Under the pieces are notes generated by a model. That model was not told where the DNA came from. It did no database searches and saw only the letters and a list, made by a program, of their open reading frames with translations. The position numbers were made by a program, and so were the translations under genes. A stretch of 64,000 nucleotides of DNA from a virus (taxonomy: Duplodnaviria > Caudoviricetes): IMG/VR virus record IMGVR_UViG_2706795941_000001, positions 10,074 through 74,073 of that record. One strand, 5' to 3'. Shown here one piece after another: positions 29,789 to 38,379 of the stretch; within the stretch, counting starts at the first letter, position 1; each line of letters starts with the position of its first letter.

Positions 29789-30426
29789 GCGTCGCTATCA
29801 TCGGAGCCATCGCTCGAGAGAACGTTCGCCTCGGCGGCAAGTCCGTCTACACCCGAGGCTGGGAGACGCGCGGCAACGGGCAGCGCTCGAACTACGGCGG
29901 CATCCTGCTGCACCACACGGCGGGTGGAAGAAACGTCAACATCGACCAGATCTTGATCAATGGTCGGTGGGACCTCGCCGGCCCGCTGTGCAACTTCTGT
30001 ATCATGTACGATGGAGACATCGGCGTGATCGCAGCACACCCGGCGAACCATGCAGGCGCTTCGGGTGGATGGGACACCAGCCCCTTCGCTCGTACGGGAC
30101 TGTTCAACAGTCAAATCATCGGTGTCGAGATCCAATACCCAGGCACCGAGCCCATGTCGGCAGTACAGTACGAAGCTGCCAAGCGCCTGACAAACGCGAC
30201 TCTGAATGTACTCGGCAAGCCTCGCGACTACCGCTGGGCCAAGTTTCATCAGGGCACCAGCATCGAGGGCAAGTGGGATCCTGGCTACCACCCCTCCGGC
30301 AAGACCTACAGCATCGCACAGTTCCGTAAGGACTGCGCTGGTATGCCTGCCGCAGCTGCCGAGAACCCCGACTCCCCGACCTGGCAGGACAACAGGTTCC
30401 AGCTGCTCGGCCCGAAGGCGGCGTGA
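29785..30426 (+). CDS. Lysin A, N-acetylmuramoyl-L-alanine amidase part
   Basis: LLHHTAG, GPLCNF, ANHAG, IGVEI, H..KWDPG Amidase_2 motifs. Confidence 0.9.
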   Translation: MSVAIIGAIARENVRLGGKSVYTRGWETRGNGQRSNYGGILLHHTAGGRNVNIDQILINGRWDLAGPLCNFCIMYDGDIGVIAAHPANHAGASGGWDTSPFARTGLFNSQIIGVEIQYPGTEPMSAVQYEAAKRLTNATLNVLGKPRDYRWAKFHQGTSIEGKWDPGYHPSGKTYSIAQFRKDCAGMPAAAAENPDSPTWQDNRFQLLGPKAA

Positions 30427-31286
30427 TGGTTACTCGCTACCACCCCATGAAGAAGGGGTACATCATCACCAGCCCTTTCGGGTGGCGCGACTTCGACAAG
30501 GCCGTACATCAGGGCATCGACTTCGGTCACCCCGACGGCTCGGGTGGCATGCCAGTGTTCGCCGTCCAGGCGGGCACGGTCATCATGGCTGGTACCGCTC
30601 AGGGGTACGGTGGGCCTGATCCGCACGGCTGGCTCGTTATTGACTCGGACGACAGTCAAGGGTCGGGCGTGTTCGAGTACGGACACATCACTCGACTGCC
30701 TTCGATCACGGTCGGCACCAAGGTCAAGGCTGGTCAGCGTATCGCCACGATCAACCCGAACCGCTCGACCAATGGTGGCACTGCGCCTCACGTGCATATC
30801 AGCTACATGCCTTACGAGTACAACCCGAACAAGAAACAGAACTGGTCTGGGCTACTCAAGAACGCCTATCACCAGGGCGAGGCGCCGCCGCCTCCAGTCA
30901 ATGCACCGGCACCAACCCCATCGAAGGAGACTCCAGTGGCAGCAGCAGACGACGTGAAGCTCCAGCTTCGCGGACCCAAGGACAACGGCTGGCCCCAGCT
31001 CGCAGCACAGCCCGACGACGATGGCGTGCGCTTTTCGCCAGCCCACAATGGTCACCGCGACGCTCTGTCGCTCGTCGATGGTCTCGCGGTTGTAGTCAAG
31101 GAAGTCACCCTCCGTCTGCCGCGCGCAACGCGGGGCGTCCGGGACTACCTCTCCCGCAAGGGCGACACAGTCGCTGGCAATGCTGCCAATGCAGCGGCTA
31201 TCGCGTACGAGAACAACGTGATGCTCAAGGCCTTGTGTCGCAAGGAGGGCATCGCACTCGAGAGCTTGACCGACCTGGAGCGATAG
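30423..31286 (+). CDS. Lysin A, M23 peptidase part with C-terminal putative binding domain
   Basis: HQGIDFG, YGHI, APHVH M23 motifs; GPKDNGWPQL C-domain. Confidence 0.9.
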   Translation: MMVTRYHPMKKGYIITSPFGWRDFDKAVHQGIDFGHPDGSGGMPVFAVQAGTVIMAGTAQGYGGPDPHGWLVIDSDDSQGSGVFEYGHITRLPSITVGTKVKAGQRIATINPNRSTNGGTAPHVHISYMPYEYNPNKKQNWSGLLKNAYHQGEAPPPPVNAPAPTPSKETPVAAADDVKLQLRGPKDNGWPQLAAQPDDDGVRFSPAHNGHRDALSLVDGLAVVVKEVTLRLPRATRGVRDYLSRKGDTVAGNAANAAAIAYENNVMLKALCRKEGIALESLTDLER

Positions 31287-31288
31287 TC

Positions 31289-31741
31289 ATGAGGTCCCGG
31301 CTACAGCACAAGCTGCACGCGGATGACATCACCAACAGGGACACTGTTCAAGACCTGACGGGACTGTTCGGGATTCTTGCAACAGCTTCGGGGTTGTCCC
31401 TGGTTATCCAGGGTGAGGCCATCTGGGCACTCGGTGTCTACGATACGGCCAAGACGTTGCCCCAGTCGCCCGAGTCCTGGGGACTGATCGCCATTCTTGC
31501 CGGCATACTCATGTTCATTGGCATGTACTGGGGCAAACACAAAGTGATGAAGGCGGGAGCTTGCATCGCAGGACTGTGGAACTTCTTCTTCGCACTCAGC
31601 TTTTGTGATGAAGCCTACAAAGGCAACATTGCTTGGCAGCCTGTGATCCTCTATTTCATAACGGCACTCGTGTATGCGGTGCTGTTCTACACCTACAAGG
31701 GGTCCAATGCCGTACAGCGAGCTGAGACACGACAGTCGTAA
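31289..31741 (+). CDS. Membrane protein (holin-associated)
   Basis: About 4 TM segments; ATG 31289. Confidence 0.7.
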   Translation: MRSRLQHKLHADDITNRDTVQDLTGLFGILATASGLSLVIQGEAIWALGVYDTAKTLPQSPESWGLIAILAGILMFIGMYWGKHKVMKAGACIAGLWNFFFALSFCDEAYKGNIAWQPVILYFITALVYAVLFYTYKGSNAVQRAETRQS

Positions 31742-32183
31742 CCCATTCCAGTGGGCCGTGATCGCGGGCATCTGGGCCTATAGCATAGTCCAGATTCTTA
31801 CCGACACATGGCCTGGGCAGATCGAAGAAAATACGAACCAGTTGTTCAGGTGGATGTGGGGAGGCACTCTCACCCTGGGCGCGACACTGGCTCTCGTTGG
31901 CATGTCGTACTCGATCGTACTGAGTCAGCGCAAGATGGGCAACAAGACACCCAAGGGCCTCCCACTCGAGGCCGGTGGTCTGTATTGGTTCGGGCTTTGT
32001 CTCGGCATCTATGCCGGAACACTTTACTTGAACGGCAAGGCAAGTGCCATCCTCGCTGCCATTATGTTCTCCGTGGCGGCGGTGGCGGCAATCATCAGGG
32101 GGGTTTGGATACAGAGAGGCTTGCGTCGAGTGGGGCGCGGCGAGCCAGCATCTGGGAAAATGCCAGTGCTACCCCGAGAGTAG
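31707..32183 (+). CDS. Membrane protein
   Basis: About 4 TM segments; ATG 31707. Confidence 0.7.
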   Translation: MPYSELRHDSRNPFQWAVIAGIWAYSIVQILTDTWPGQIEENTNQLFRWMWGGTLTLGATLALVGMSYSIVLSQRKMGNKTPKGLPLEAGGLYWFGLCLGIYAGTLYLNGKASAILAAIMFSVAAVAAIIRGVWIQRGLRRVGRGEPASGKMPVLPRE

Positions 32184-32192
32184 GATACCGCC

Positions 32193-32588
32193 GTGGAGTT
32201 CAACCTGGAGTTCTGGGTTCAGACTGCTATCACACTTGCGCTTGGCACCGGCGGAGTCAGCGTTTTCACTGTATGGAGAGACGGACGCAAGGCGGAAGCC
32301 GAGACCAAAAAGACCAACTCGGAAGCGACCGGCACCGACGCCAATACCGCACTCACCAACCAGCAGTGGATGGGCGAGGAGATCAAACGACTGAATGAGG
32401 CCCGCGAGGAAGAGGGGCGCATCTCCCTCGTACGCAAGCGGGCTGGTGCGAAGATGTACCGCTACATGCAGAGTCACGAAACATGGGACCAGCAAGTGAT
32501 CAATGAGCTTGCGAAGGTCGGAGTAACAATACCCCGACCTCCGCATCTTGAGTTGTCACAAGAGGAATTGGACGCCCTAGAAGTTTAA
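32193..32588 (+). CDS. Membrane-anchored coiled-coil protein (last lysis-cassette gene)
   Basis: N-terminal TM then coiled coil. Confidence 0.65.
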   Translation: MEFNLEFWVQTAITLALGTGGVSVFTVWRDGRKAEAETKKTNSEATGTDANTALTNQQWMGEEIKRLNEAREEEGRISLVRKRAGAKMYRYMQSHETWDQQVINELAKVGVTIPRPPHLELSQEELDALEV

Positions 32589-32604
32589 CGGCGGCCCCTG
32601 CTGC

Positions 32605-32683
32605 GGGCTGGGGAGGACACTCGTCGATGTCCAGACGTGGTGCTCGCCCTCTGGACACGGGTACCCCGAGTCCTCCCCACCCC
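32605..32683. terminator. Long nested hairpin between convergent arms
   Basis: ggggagga(ca)ctcg / cgagtcctcccc enclosing tgtccaga / tctggaca. Confidence 0.55.
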
Positions 32684-32731
32684 GTAGACAGTCACAATTC
32701 TTGCAGTATTCGATGCGCGGCTGGTTCTTCT

Positions 32732-33937
32732 TCACGTGCCCACCTTCTTCTCCTTGATGATTCGAGCGGTCACCTTTGGCCGCGGCTCACTGACCTTCGT
32801 ATTGGTGCATCCCCGTAGCAGCGACTTCTGAATGGAGTCCAAGTCGGACCCCTTCAGCATCTTCTCGATGTTGGCCTTGGTGCACTTGCCGCCGATCGAA
32901 TTGAAGAGCTCCTCGCCGATGATGCCCTTCACCTGGACGGGGTCGTAGCTGGATCGAGTCTGTGAGATCATCTCGACATGGAAGTCTTCCGTGTCGTAGC
33001 TGATCTCGTCGGTCTCCATCGCGTCCGCGATCATGAGGTTGTCGATCTCTTCGAGCGCGTACTTGAGCTGCTTCATACCCGACTCGAGTTCGAGCCGTTT
33101 CTGTGCCAGCAGGTTGCGATCTCCTGCTAGATACATGAGCCCGCCACCGTCGGCGTTGCGTTGCCATGCAGTACAGGTGGCCTTGATTGGGCAGAACATG
33201 CAGCCCTTGCCGAGCTGTCGCTGCCCCTTGCCGGTGGTAGCGAGTATGCGCTCGGCAGTGTCCTTGACGTAGCGCCAGGTGATGACGTTATCGTCCCTGG
33301 AGAAGTGAACCTCGACCGGACCGTAGCGGAGCAGGTAGAACTGCACCCAGATTTCATCGGGGTCGAGGTCTTTGTACTCTGCCTGCGCAGCCATACCGTA
33401 CATGCGAGCCTGGACTCGCTGCATCAGCTGCTCGGGAGAGATGGGTTCTCGCACGGTCTTGTAATCGACCACGCGAATAATGACCTTGCCGTCCTCCTTG
33501 ATTAGATCAACCCGGTCGAAGATGAAGTTCATCCTCTTTGGTCCGTCGGAGGTCTTGATCATCATGTGCATCTTCTCTTCAACCTGCATGACTTCCACGC
33601 TGGGGTCGAGGAGTTCTCCGATTCGATCGTGCCAACGCTGAAGCATATCCTTGCCGTCGGCATACAGCGGATTCGACATCGAGGGCATCTCGCGAAGATG
33701 CTTTACGAAGGCTACATCAAAGAGTGCGAACAACCTGTCCTCATTGACCTCGTGGGTCTTGTCGATGAACACCTCTTTGACATAGAGTTCGAGTGGCTCG
33801 TGAACGGCGCTGCCCAGTAGCGCGGGCTTGGATGAGCTACCCACCCTGGGCAAACGCTCGACATACTCGGCGTGCCAGCCGCGAGGGCACTCCTCGAACT
33901 TGGTCAGCGAGGACGCCGAGATGGTCTTCAGTTCCAC
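32732..33937 (-). CDS. Cas4/AddB-like PD-(D/E)xK exonuclease
   Basis: S.SSL..FEECPR, DRVD..VVDYKT, CMFCPIKATC (4-Cys staple). Confidence 0.85.
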   Translation of the reverse strand: MELKTISASSLTKFEECPRGWHAEYVERLPRVGSSSKPALLGSAVHEPLELYVKEVFIDKTHEVNEDRLFALFDVAFVKHLREMPSMSNPLYADGKDMLQRWHDRIGELLDPSVEVMQVEEKMHMMIKTSDGPKRMNFIFDRVDLIKEDGKVIIRVVDYKTVREPISPEQLMQRVQARMYGMAAQAEYKDLDPDEIWVQFYLLRYGPVEVHFSRDDNVITWRYVKDTAERILATTGKGQRQLGKGCMFCPIKATCTAWQRNADGGGLMYLAGDRNLLAQKRLELESGMKQLKYALEEIDNLMIADAMETDEISYDTEDFHVEMISQTRSSYDPVQVKGIIGEELFNSIGGKCTKANIEKMLKGSDLDSIQKSLLRGCTNTKVSEPRPKVTARIIKEKKVGT

Positions 33938-33940
33938 GTG

Positions 33941-34141
33941 TCACTCTCCCTTCTTCCTGCGGTTGGATCGCCCGCCCCAGATTCCATCTGTTGAGCCGGT
34001 GACCTTCTTGTGATTCCAGCACTGCTCCGTTACCGGGCAGGTGGAGCAAACCTTCTTCGCGCGTTGCGCTCGTGCTGTCTGGCCTGGCCCAGGGAAGAAT
34101 GCATCGGGGTCTGGATAGTCGATACAGTTCGCCTGAGCCAC
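33941..34141 (-). CDS. whiB: WhiB-family Fe-S transcription factor
   Basis: C..PDAFFP..AKKVCSTCPVTEQC..GIWGG; start uncertain. Confidence 0.85.
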   Translation of the reverse strand: MAQANCIDYPDPDAFFPGPGQTARAQRAKKVCSTCPVTEQCWNHKKVTGSTDGIWGGRSNRRKKGE

Positions 34142-34152
34142 CCAGGAGAGGT

Positions 34153-34605
34153 CTACTCCTCGCTTTCGGGGAGCCGGGGCGGGGCCGGAGGTGTCACCTT
34201 CTCCGCAGATGCAGGCGTCTCCGACACGGTCGGCGCAGGGGAACTCGGGATCGGCTCCGTCTGCAGCGGCTCGTTCTTCATCCGAGCTACCACTTCCAGC
34301 GGGTCCGTCGGTTCCGTCGTCCCGTCCGGCGAGAGTTCGACAGATTCCGGTACACCTAAAGGGGTCCGGCCTCCGGCAGACTGTCGCTGCATTTCCGCCT
34401 CGAATCCAGTCTTCGCCGGGCCGGCGGCTGCCACAACTTCGGCAGCCCTCTGCTCGGCTTCGCGCGCCGCCTTCGCCTGGGTGGCGAACTCGGTCTGGAA
34501 TGCGGTCGGAACTTGGGGTGCAGCAGGCCCAGCAGTCGGGGGGATGGTCCGAAAGTCAACATCGAGGTTGTCTTTGATACCACTGATGGGGTGCTTGTGT
34601 TCCAT
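34153..34605 (-). CDS. Hypothetical Pro/Ala-rich protein
   Basis: 150 aa, RBS aggag. Confidence 0.65.
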   Translation of the reverse strand: MEHKHPISGIKDNLDVDFRTIPPTAGPAAPQVPTAFQTEFATQAKAAREAEQRAAEVVAAAGPAKTGFEAEMQRQSAGGRTPLGVPESVELSPDGTTEPTDPLEVVARMKNEPLQTEPIPSSPAPTVSETPASAEKVTPPAPPRLPESEE

Positions 34606-34691
34606 TGTGAGTGTTCTCCTAAGGTGTGTAGGGGGATACCGTGGTGCTATCCTAGCATGGGCTTGTCACCCGCGCTAGATGGGGCTTTCGT

Positions 34692-34805
34692 CTACTCTTT
34701 CTTCTCCTTGTCCTTGAACTTGCGCACCGAGTCGAGGATTAGGTCCACCATCAGTGCAACACCTGCCATGAGTATGAGTATCTGGAACATCAGTGACCAG
34801 CTCAT
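34692..34805 (-). CDS. Small membrane protein (37 aa, MSWSLMFQILILMAGVALMVDLILDSVRKFKDKEKKE)
   Basis: ATGA overlap with MTase stop; hydrophobic helix plus basic tail. Confidence 0.6.
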   Translation of the reverse strand: MSWSLMFQILILMAGVALMVDLILDSVRKFKDKEKKE

Positions 34806-35518
34806 TCGTCCCACAGGCTCCCTTCCTGCTCCTCCAACTTCTTCTTTGACTTCTCGAACCGCTCGGGATCGAGTTCAATTGCAACGGCGTTGCGTCCTGC
34901 GTTGCGCGCGGCCCGGACAAGGCTGCCCGAGCCACCAAAGGGGTCGACGATGAACTCACCGGGCTGCGTGGAGTGCTTGATCAGGATTTCAAGCAGTCCC
35001 TCCGGCTTCTCGTGGGGATGGATCAGCTTGTTGGGCCGCAGCTGGGGGAAGTGGATCACTCCGTTGCGCCGTTTGGAGTGAATCGGCACCCGACCCTTCT
35101 TCAGGAAGATGATGAACTCGTGGCCCTGGCCCCAAGAATCGAGATCCCCCATACCTGGTCCGTCTTTTTCCCAGACAAGGACAGCCTTGCGCTCAAAACC
35201 GTGCCGGGCACCCAGCTCATCGAGAGCCGAAAGCCATTCCTTGAGGACTTGATACGCGGTGAAGACATAAAGGTCGCAGTCATCTGCCGTCTTAGGCAGG
35301 AGCACGTCCATGACTTCGTTGAAGAGCTTGAGGGCAACTTCAGGAGACTCGTCATTCTTGATCTTAGTGGCATGCTTCTTGCCGGCCTCCGTCTTTGCCA
35401 TGTTCGACTGATTGTCAACCCCGAAGGGCGGGTCGGTGATGATGCAGTTGACCCGCCCCGGCTTGAACTTCTGGCACAGTTCGACAGAATCTCCAAGCCA
35501 CATCTCATGTATCTTCAT
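34802..35518 (-). CDS. DNA methyltransferase (N6A/N4C, beta class)
   Basis: DPPF, HPHEKP, DPFGGSGS motifs in beta order. Confidence 0.9.
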   Translation of the reverse strand: MKIHEMWLGDSVELCQKFKPGRVNCIITDPPFGVDNQSNMAKTEAGKKHATKIKNDESPEVALKLFNEVMDVLLPKTADDCDLYVFTAYQVLKEWLSALDELGARHGFERKAVLVWEKDGPGMGDLDSWGQGHEFIIFLKKGRVPIHSKRRNGVIHFPQLRPNKLIHPHEKPEGLLEILIKHSTQPGEFIVDPFGGSGSLVRAARNAGRNAVAIELDPERFEKSKKKLEEQEGSLWDE

Positions 35519-35519
35519 A

Positions 35520-36356
35520 TCACCCCTCGATCAGCTCGAGCTCGGCCTTGATGGTGTTGGCGATATACCTGGGCACAGTCACGCCTGGCTTGATCTCGTA
35601 GTTCACGTAGTGTCCGTGGACTCCGGTGCGCAGGTAGAAGGCCACCGCCTGCCCGGTGAGGTCTGCCCGCCGACGGAACTCGAAGAAGCCCCGGATGCCG
35701 GGGAACTTCTTGCGAATGTCGTCGTACAGACCACGATCTGCGTGGTACTTGGACATGGCGAATGCCACCCACTGGTCGGGCCGACCGATCCAGAACTTGA
35801 TCAGGTACGGCGCGAGCTCTGGCAACAGTGAATCCGTCTTGACTGTGGTGGCTATGAGGTCACCACGGATTGCGAACTGGTGGACTCGATCCTCGACCGT
35901 GCCCCACGAACCTCGCCCGCCGAGGATACCTTCTCCGGCGATCGGTCCGCCGACTCGATCGCGTCCATCTCGACGAGGATCGGACAGTCCGAAGTACCCA
36001 ATGAACTTCTTTCCGTCCAGTGGGAGGGTGCCGAGCCCGATCTCCTGAGCGATGTTGCCTGCGATCCAGGCACCCTGCGAGTACCCGACGAGTGCGAACG
36101 CTGCACCGGGGGGCAGTGCGGCGATTGCATGCTGGAGTTTGGTCTCGCCATCCTTGACGCTGTCCACGGCGGCGGCTTCACCACCGAAGCGGGCGAGGTA
36201 CCCGATCGACCTGCAGTAGATTCGGTAGCCGTTGTAAGCGCCCGGCAGCTGATCGACCACCTGCTTGAGTAGACCCTCGGGTTCGCGCAGGCTGTTGGAC
36301 GACTGCGTTTCCCAGGTGCCCGGCACCAGGATGACATAGAGAATCTTGTCGGCCAC
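35520..36356 (-). CDS. Lysin B-like cutinase / serine esterase
   Basis: PGTWE, GYSQGA nucleophile elbow, DPRRD, GDLI, terminal H..Y. Confidence 0.75.
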   Translation of the reverse strand: MADKILYVILVPGTWETQSSNSLREPEGLLKQVVDQLPGAYNGYRIYCRSIGYLARFGGEAAAVDSVKDGETKLQHAIAALPPGAAFALVGYSQGAWIAGNIAQEIGLGTLPLDGKKFIGYFGLSDPRRDGRDRVGGPIAGEGILGGRGSWGTVEDRVHQFAIRGDLIATTVKTDSLLPELAPYLIKFWIGRPDQWVAFAMSKYHADRGLYDDIRKKFPGIRGFFEFRRRADLTGQAVAFYLRTGVHGHYVNYEIKPGVTVPRYIANTIKAELELIEG

Positions 36357-36357
36357 G

Positions 36358-36852
36358 TCAGTACTTCTTTCCGTGCATATAGGGGCGGGTGAAGTTGTAC
36401 CTGATCTTGCGGATCAAGGCCTGCCCGAGCTGGCGGTCCTTGATCCGCGCGCGGGACGAGTCCGAGATCCTCACGATCGTATCTGCGAACTCGGCAGCCG
36501 CACCCTCGGGCTTGCGAAGCACGAGGTCCTCGGGGTCGGTGCCGTTGGCTGCGATGGGCAAGCGGAAGATCTCGTCGGTACCCTTGATCGAGTACCACAG
36601 AACCGGGCGACCGGCGCGGTCCTCTTCGAGCGCCTCGCTGACCTCGCTGTGGATGAGCGCGATCTCCTCGCCGAACGAGCGTCCACTCTCGTGGAATCCG
36701 TGCGACTCGGTGATTCGCCAGCAGGCTTCCTCGAGTACCGCCATTGCGTCGATGATCAGCTGCTCACCGTCGTCGGTGAGTTGACCGTCCTCGAGAACGA
36801 AGGCTTCCATCTCCTTCGCGGTCGGCGGCTGGGGTACGTACTTGGGGTCCAT
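36358..36852 (-). CDS. MazG-like nucleotide pyrophosphohydrolase
   Basis: EEIALIHSEVSEALEE...EFADTIVRI...K..YN..RPYMHG. Confidence 0.8.
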   Translation of the reverse strand: MDPKYVPQPPTAKEMEAFVLEDGQLTDDGEQLIIDAMAVLEEACWRITESHGFHESGRSFGEEIALIHSEVSEALEEDRAGRPVLWYSIKGTDEIFRLPIAANGTDPEDLVLRKPEGAAAEFADTIVRISDSSRARIKDRQLGQALIRKIRYNFTRPYMHGKKY

Positions 36853-37326
36853 CTACTTGCTCCTTTTACTCTGACCGGAGGGTCCGGTCGGGGGTTTGCG
36901 GGACTGGGCCCTCTTCATTATTCCGCGCTCTTTCCATTTGCGCATGTAGGGCGAGTCTTGTCCACTTGTTGTGCCGTCCCGGCGACGCAAGACCTTCCAC
37001 TGCTTCGCGGAATTGAGGCGGGGTCTGTAGAGGATGGGATCTTTTCTGTCCATCCGTCTGCAGCGAAACCGCTGCCTACGGGTTGCATTGTCGTACCGAA
37101 TCCACCTGTTGTTGCTGGAGATCCAGAGTTCCCAGCATTCGTCACACCTCCACACCGACCCCTCCCCCTCGGCGGGGTAGTCAACCACGCCTTCGCCCTT
37201 GTTGAGCCAGTCTGGACGCAGCGTGAGAATGCCCTCACGCGCCTGGCGCAGTATTTCGGGGTCTTGGGGTGGCCTGCAGTCGTGACGGGGTGGCTTGGGT
37301 GGCGGCGAAGTCAGTACAACCATCAT
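36853..37326 (-). CDS. Hypothetical basic protein
   Basis: 157 aa filling operon gap; WRCDECWELW. Confidence 0.5.
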   Translation of the reverse strand: MMVVLTSPPPKPPRHDCRPPQDPEILRQAREGILTLRPDWLNKGEGVVDYPAEGEGSVWRCDECWELWISSNNRWIRYDNATRRQRFRCRRMDRKDPILYRPRLNSAKQWKVLRRRDGTTSGQDSPYMRKWKERGIMKRAQSRKPPTGPSGQSKRSK

Positions 37327-37859
37327 GGCTCCCAGGTGTTGTCGATGATCTCGGGTTGCAGGAACTCTTGGAACACCCGCTTAAGTTCTTCCTGTGCAGG
37401 ATCACCAAGCGGCGGGTCCAGTTCGTAGGTCTCCAGCTGTGACCACACCTCGATGATCACGTACGGCACAGTCGATACCATCTGCGGCCCGGCGAGCCGC
37501 CCGCCAACGTCGATCACGTCCCGATCGTTGCCGATTGCTACCCCCTGTAGGGCATCCTCCGTGGCTTTCTGCATGTTTGTGGTGTCGGCGACGTGTGACG
37601 TTGAAGTAGACGTCCGATTGACTGCGATCTCCAGTTGTCGGCTGAAGGTGAACCGCAACCTGTACATGCCCGGCTCGACCTGAACGTCCCGAGCTTGCAG
37701 TTCGGCGCGAACAGCGTCCTGGTAGGCCTTGAGGGTCTTGTTGGGACTGTACTTGGGCCAGTACTTCTTGGTCTTGGGATTGAAGATCATGGTCGGCTTG
37801 CCCATTGCCCAGGGTTCTGGGTTAAGACCGATACCCCAGACCCGATAAGTCGGGGTCAT
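37323..37859 (-). CDS. rusA: RusA-like Holliday junction resolvase
   Basis: ADTTNMQKATEDALQG..GNDRDV; ATG 37859 overlaps upstream stop. Confidence 0.8.
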   Translation of the reverse strand: MTPTYRVWGIGLNPEPWAMGKPTMIFNPKTKKYWPKYSPNKTLKAYQDAVRAELQARDVQVEPGMYRLRFTFSRQLEIAVNRTSTSTSHVADTTNMQKATEDALQGVAIGNDRDVIDVGGRLAGPQMVSTVPYVIIEVWSQLETYELDPPLGDPAQEELKRVFQEFLQPEIIDNTWEP

Positions 37860-38224
37860 TCGGGCACCTGACTTCCCCAGGTGTACGCACGCTCGAGCTT
37901 GGTGTCCTCGTGGATACGATATACCTTGAACTTGAGGTGATGTGCGACATGCAGTTCGAGCCGGGCGCCCCGCGACTTGGTCCAGCCAGGCATGAGCGCG
38001 ATCCGCTCGCACAGGAGCAGGCCGTTGCGCAGATCGTTGCGCAGATACTCGTGCCACTCGAGGCGACCGATGTGCTCGGGGTTCTCCTCGTGCATCTTAC
38101 GGGTGAGATCGGCCGGACTGTGGACCTCATAGCCCCGATCCCGAAGTGCCTTGGAGTACCGATCAAACTCGGGGATATTGTAGTTCTCTATCCCAGACAT
38201 CGGACCTGCAAGATAGATGTTCAC
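37856..38224 (-). CDS. DUF4406 / nucleoside 2-deoxyribosyltransferase-like protein
   Basis: IYLAGPMSG..YN.P.F...NDL..LLLCE.IALMPGW.KSRGARLE; GTG 38224. Confidence 0.8.
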   Translation of the reverse strand: MNIYLAGPMSGIENYNIPEFDRYSKALRDRGYEVHSPADLTRKMHEENPEHIGRLEWHEYLRNDLRNGLLLCERIALMPGWTKSRGARLELHVAHHLKFKVYRIHEDTKLERAYTWGSQVPE

Positions 38225-38379
38225 TCGGAATACCTCGTCCATCTCGTAGTCGATCCGGTCTTGACTCCGGCTATGTAGGCCCTCACTGCCTTCCATCGGG
38301 AAGATCCGACATAAGTCGTATCCCATCCGGTACTCAACGGAAATTGAGTCCAGACCTGGACCAGAAACTTCGCGTTCAC
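38221..38379 (-). CDS. Hypothetical 52-aa protein
   Basis: GTGA overlaps at both ends; fills gap exactly. Confidence 0.5.
   Translation of the reverse strand: MNAKFLVQVWTQFPLSTGWDTTYVGSSRWKAVRAYIAGVKTGSTTRWTRYSE

Noticed and set aside
32732-33937. Cas4-like nuclease as evidence of a CRISPR system
   Set aside because: No repeat-spacer array or other cas genes; solo Cas4/AddB-like nucleases are common in actinophages
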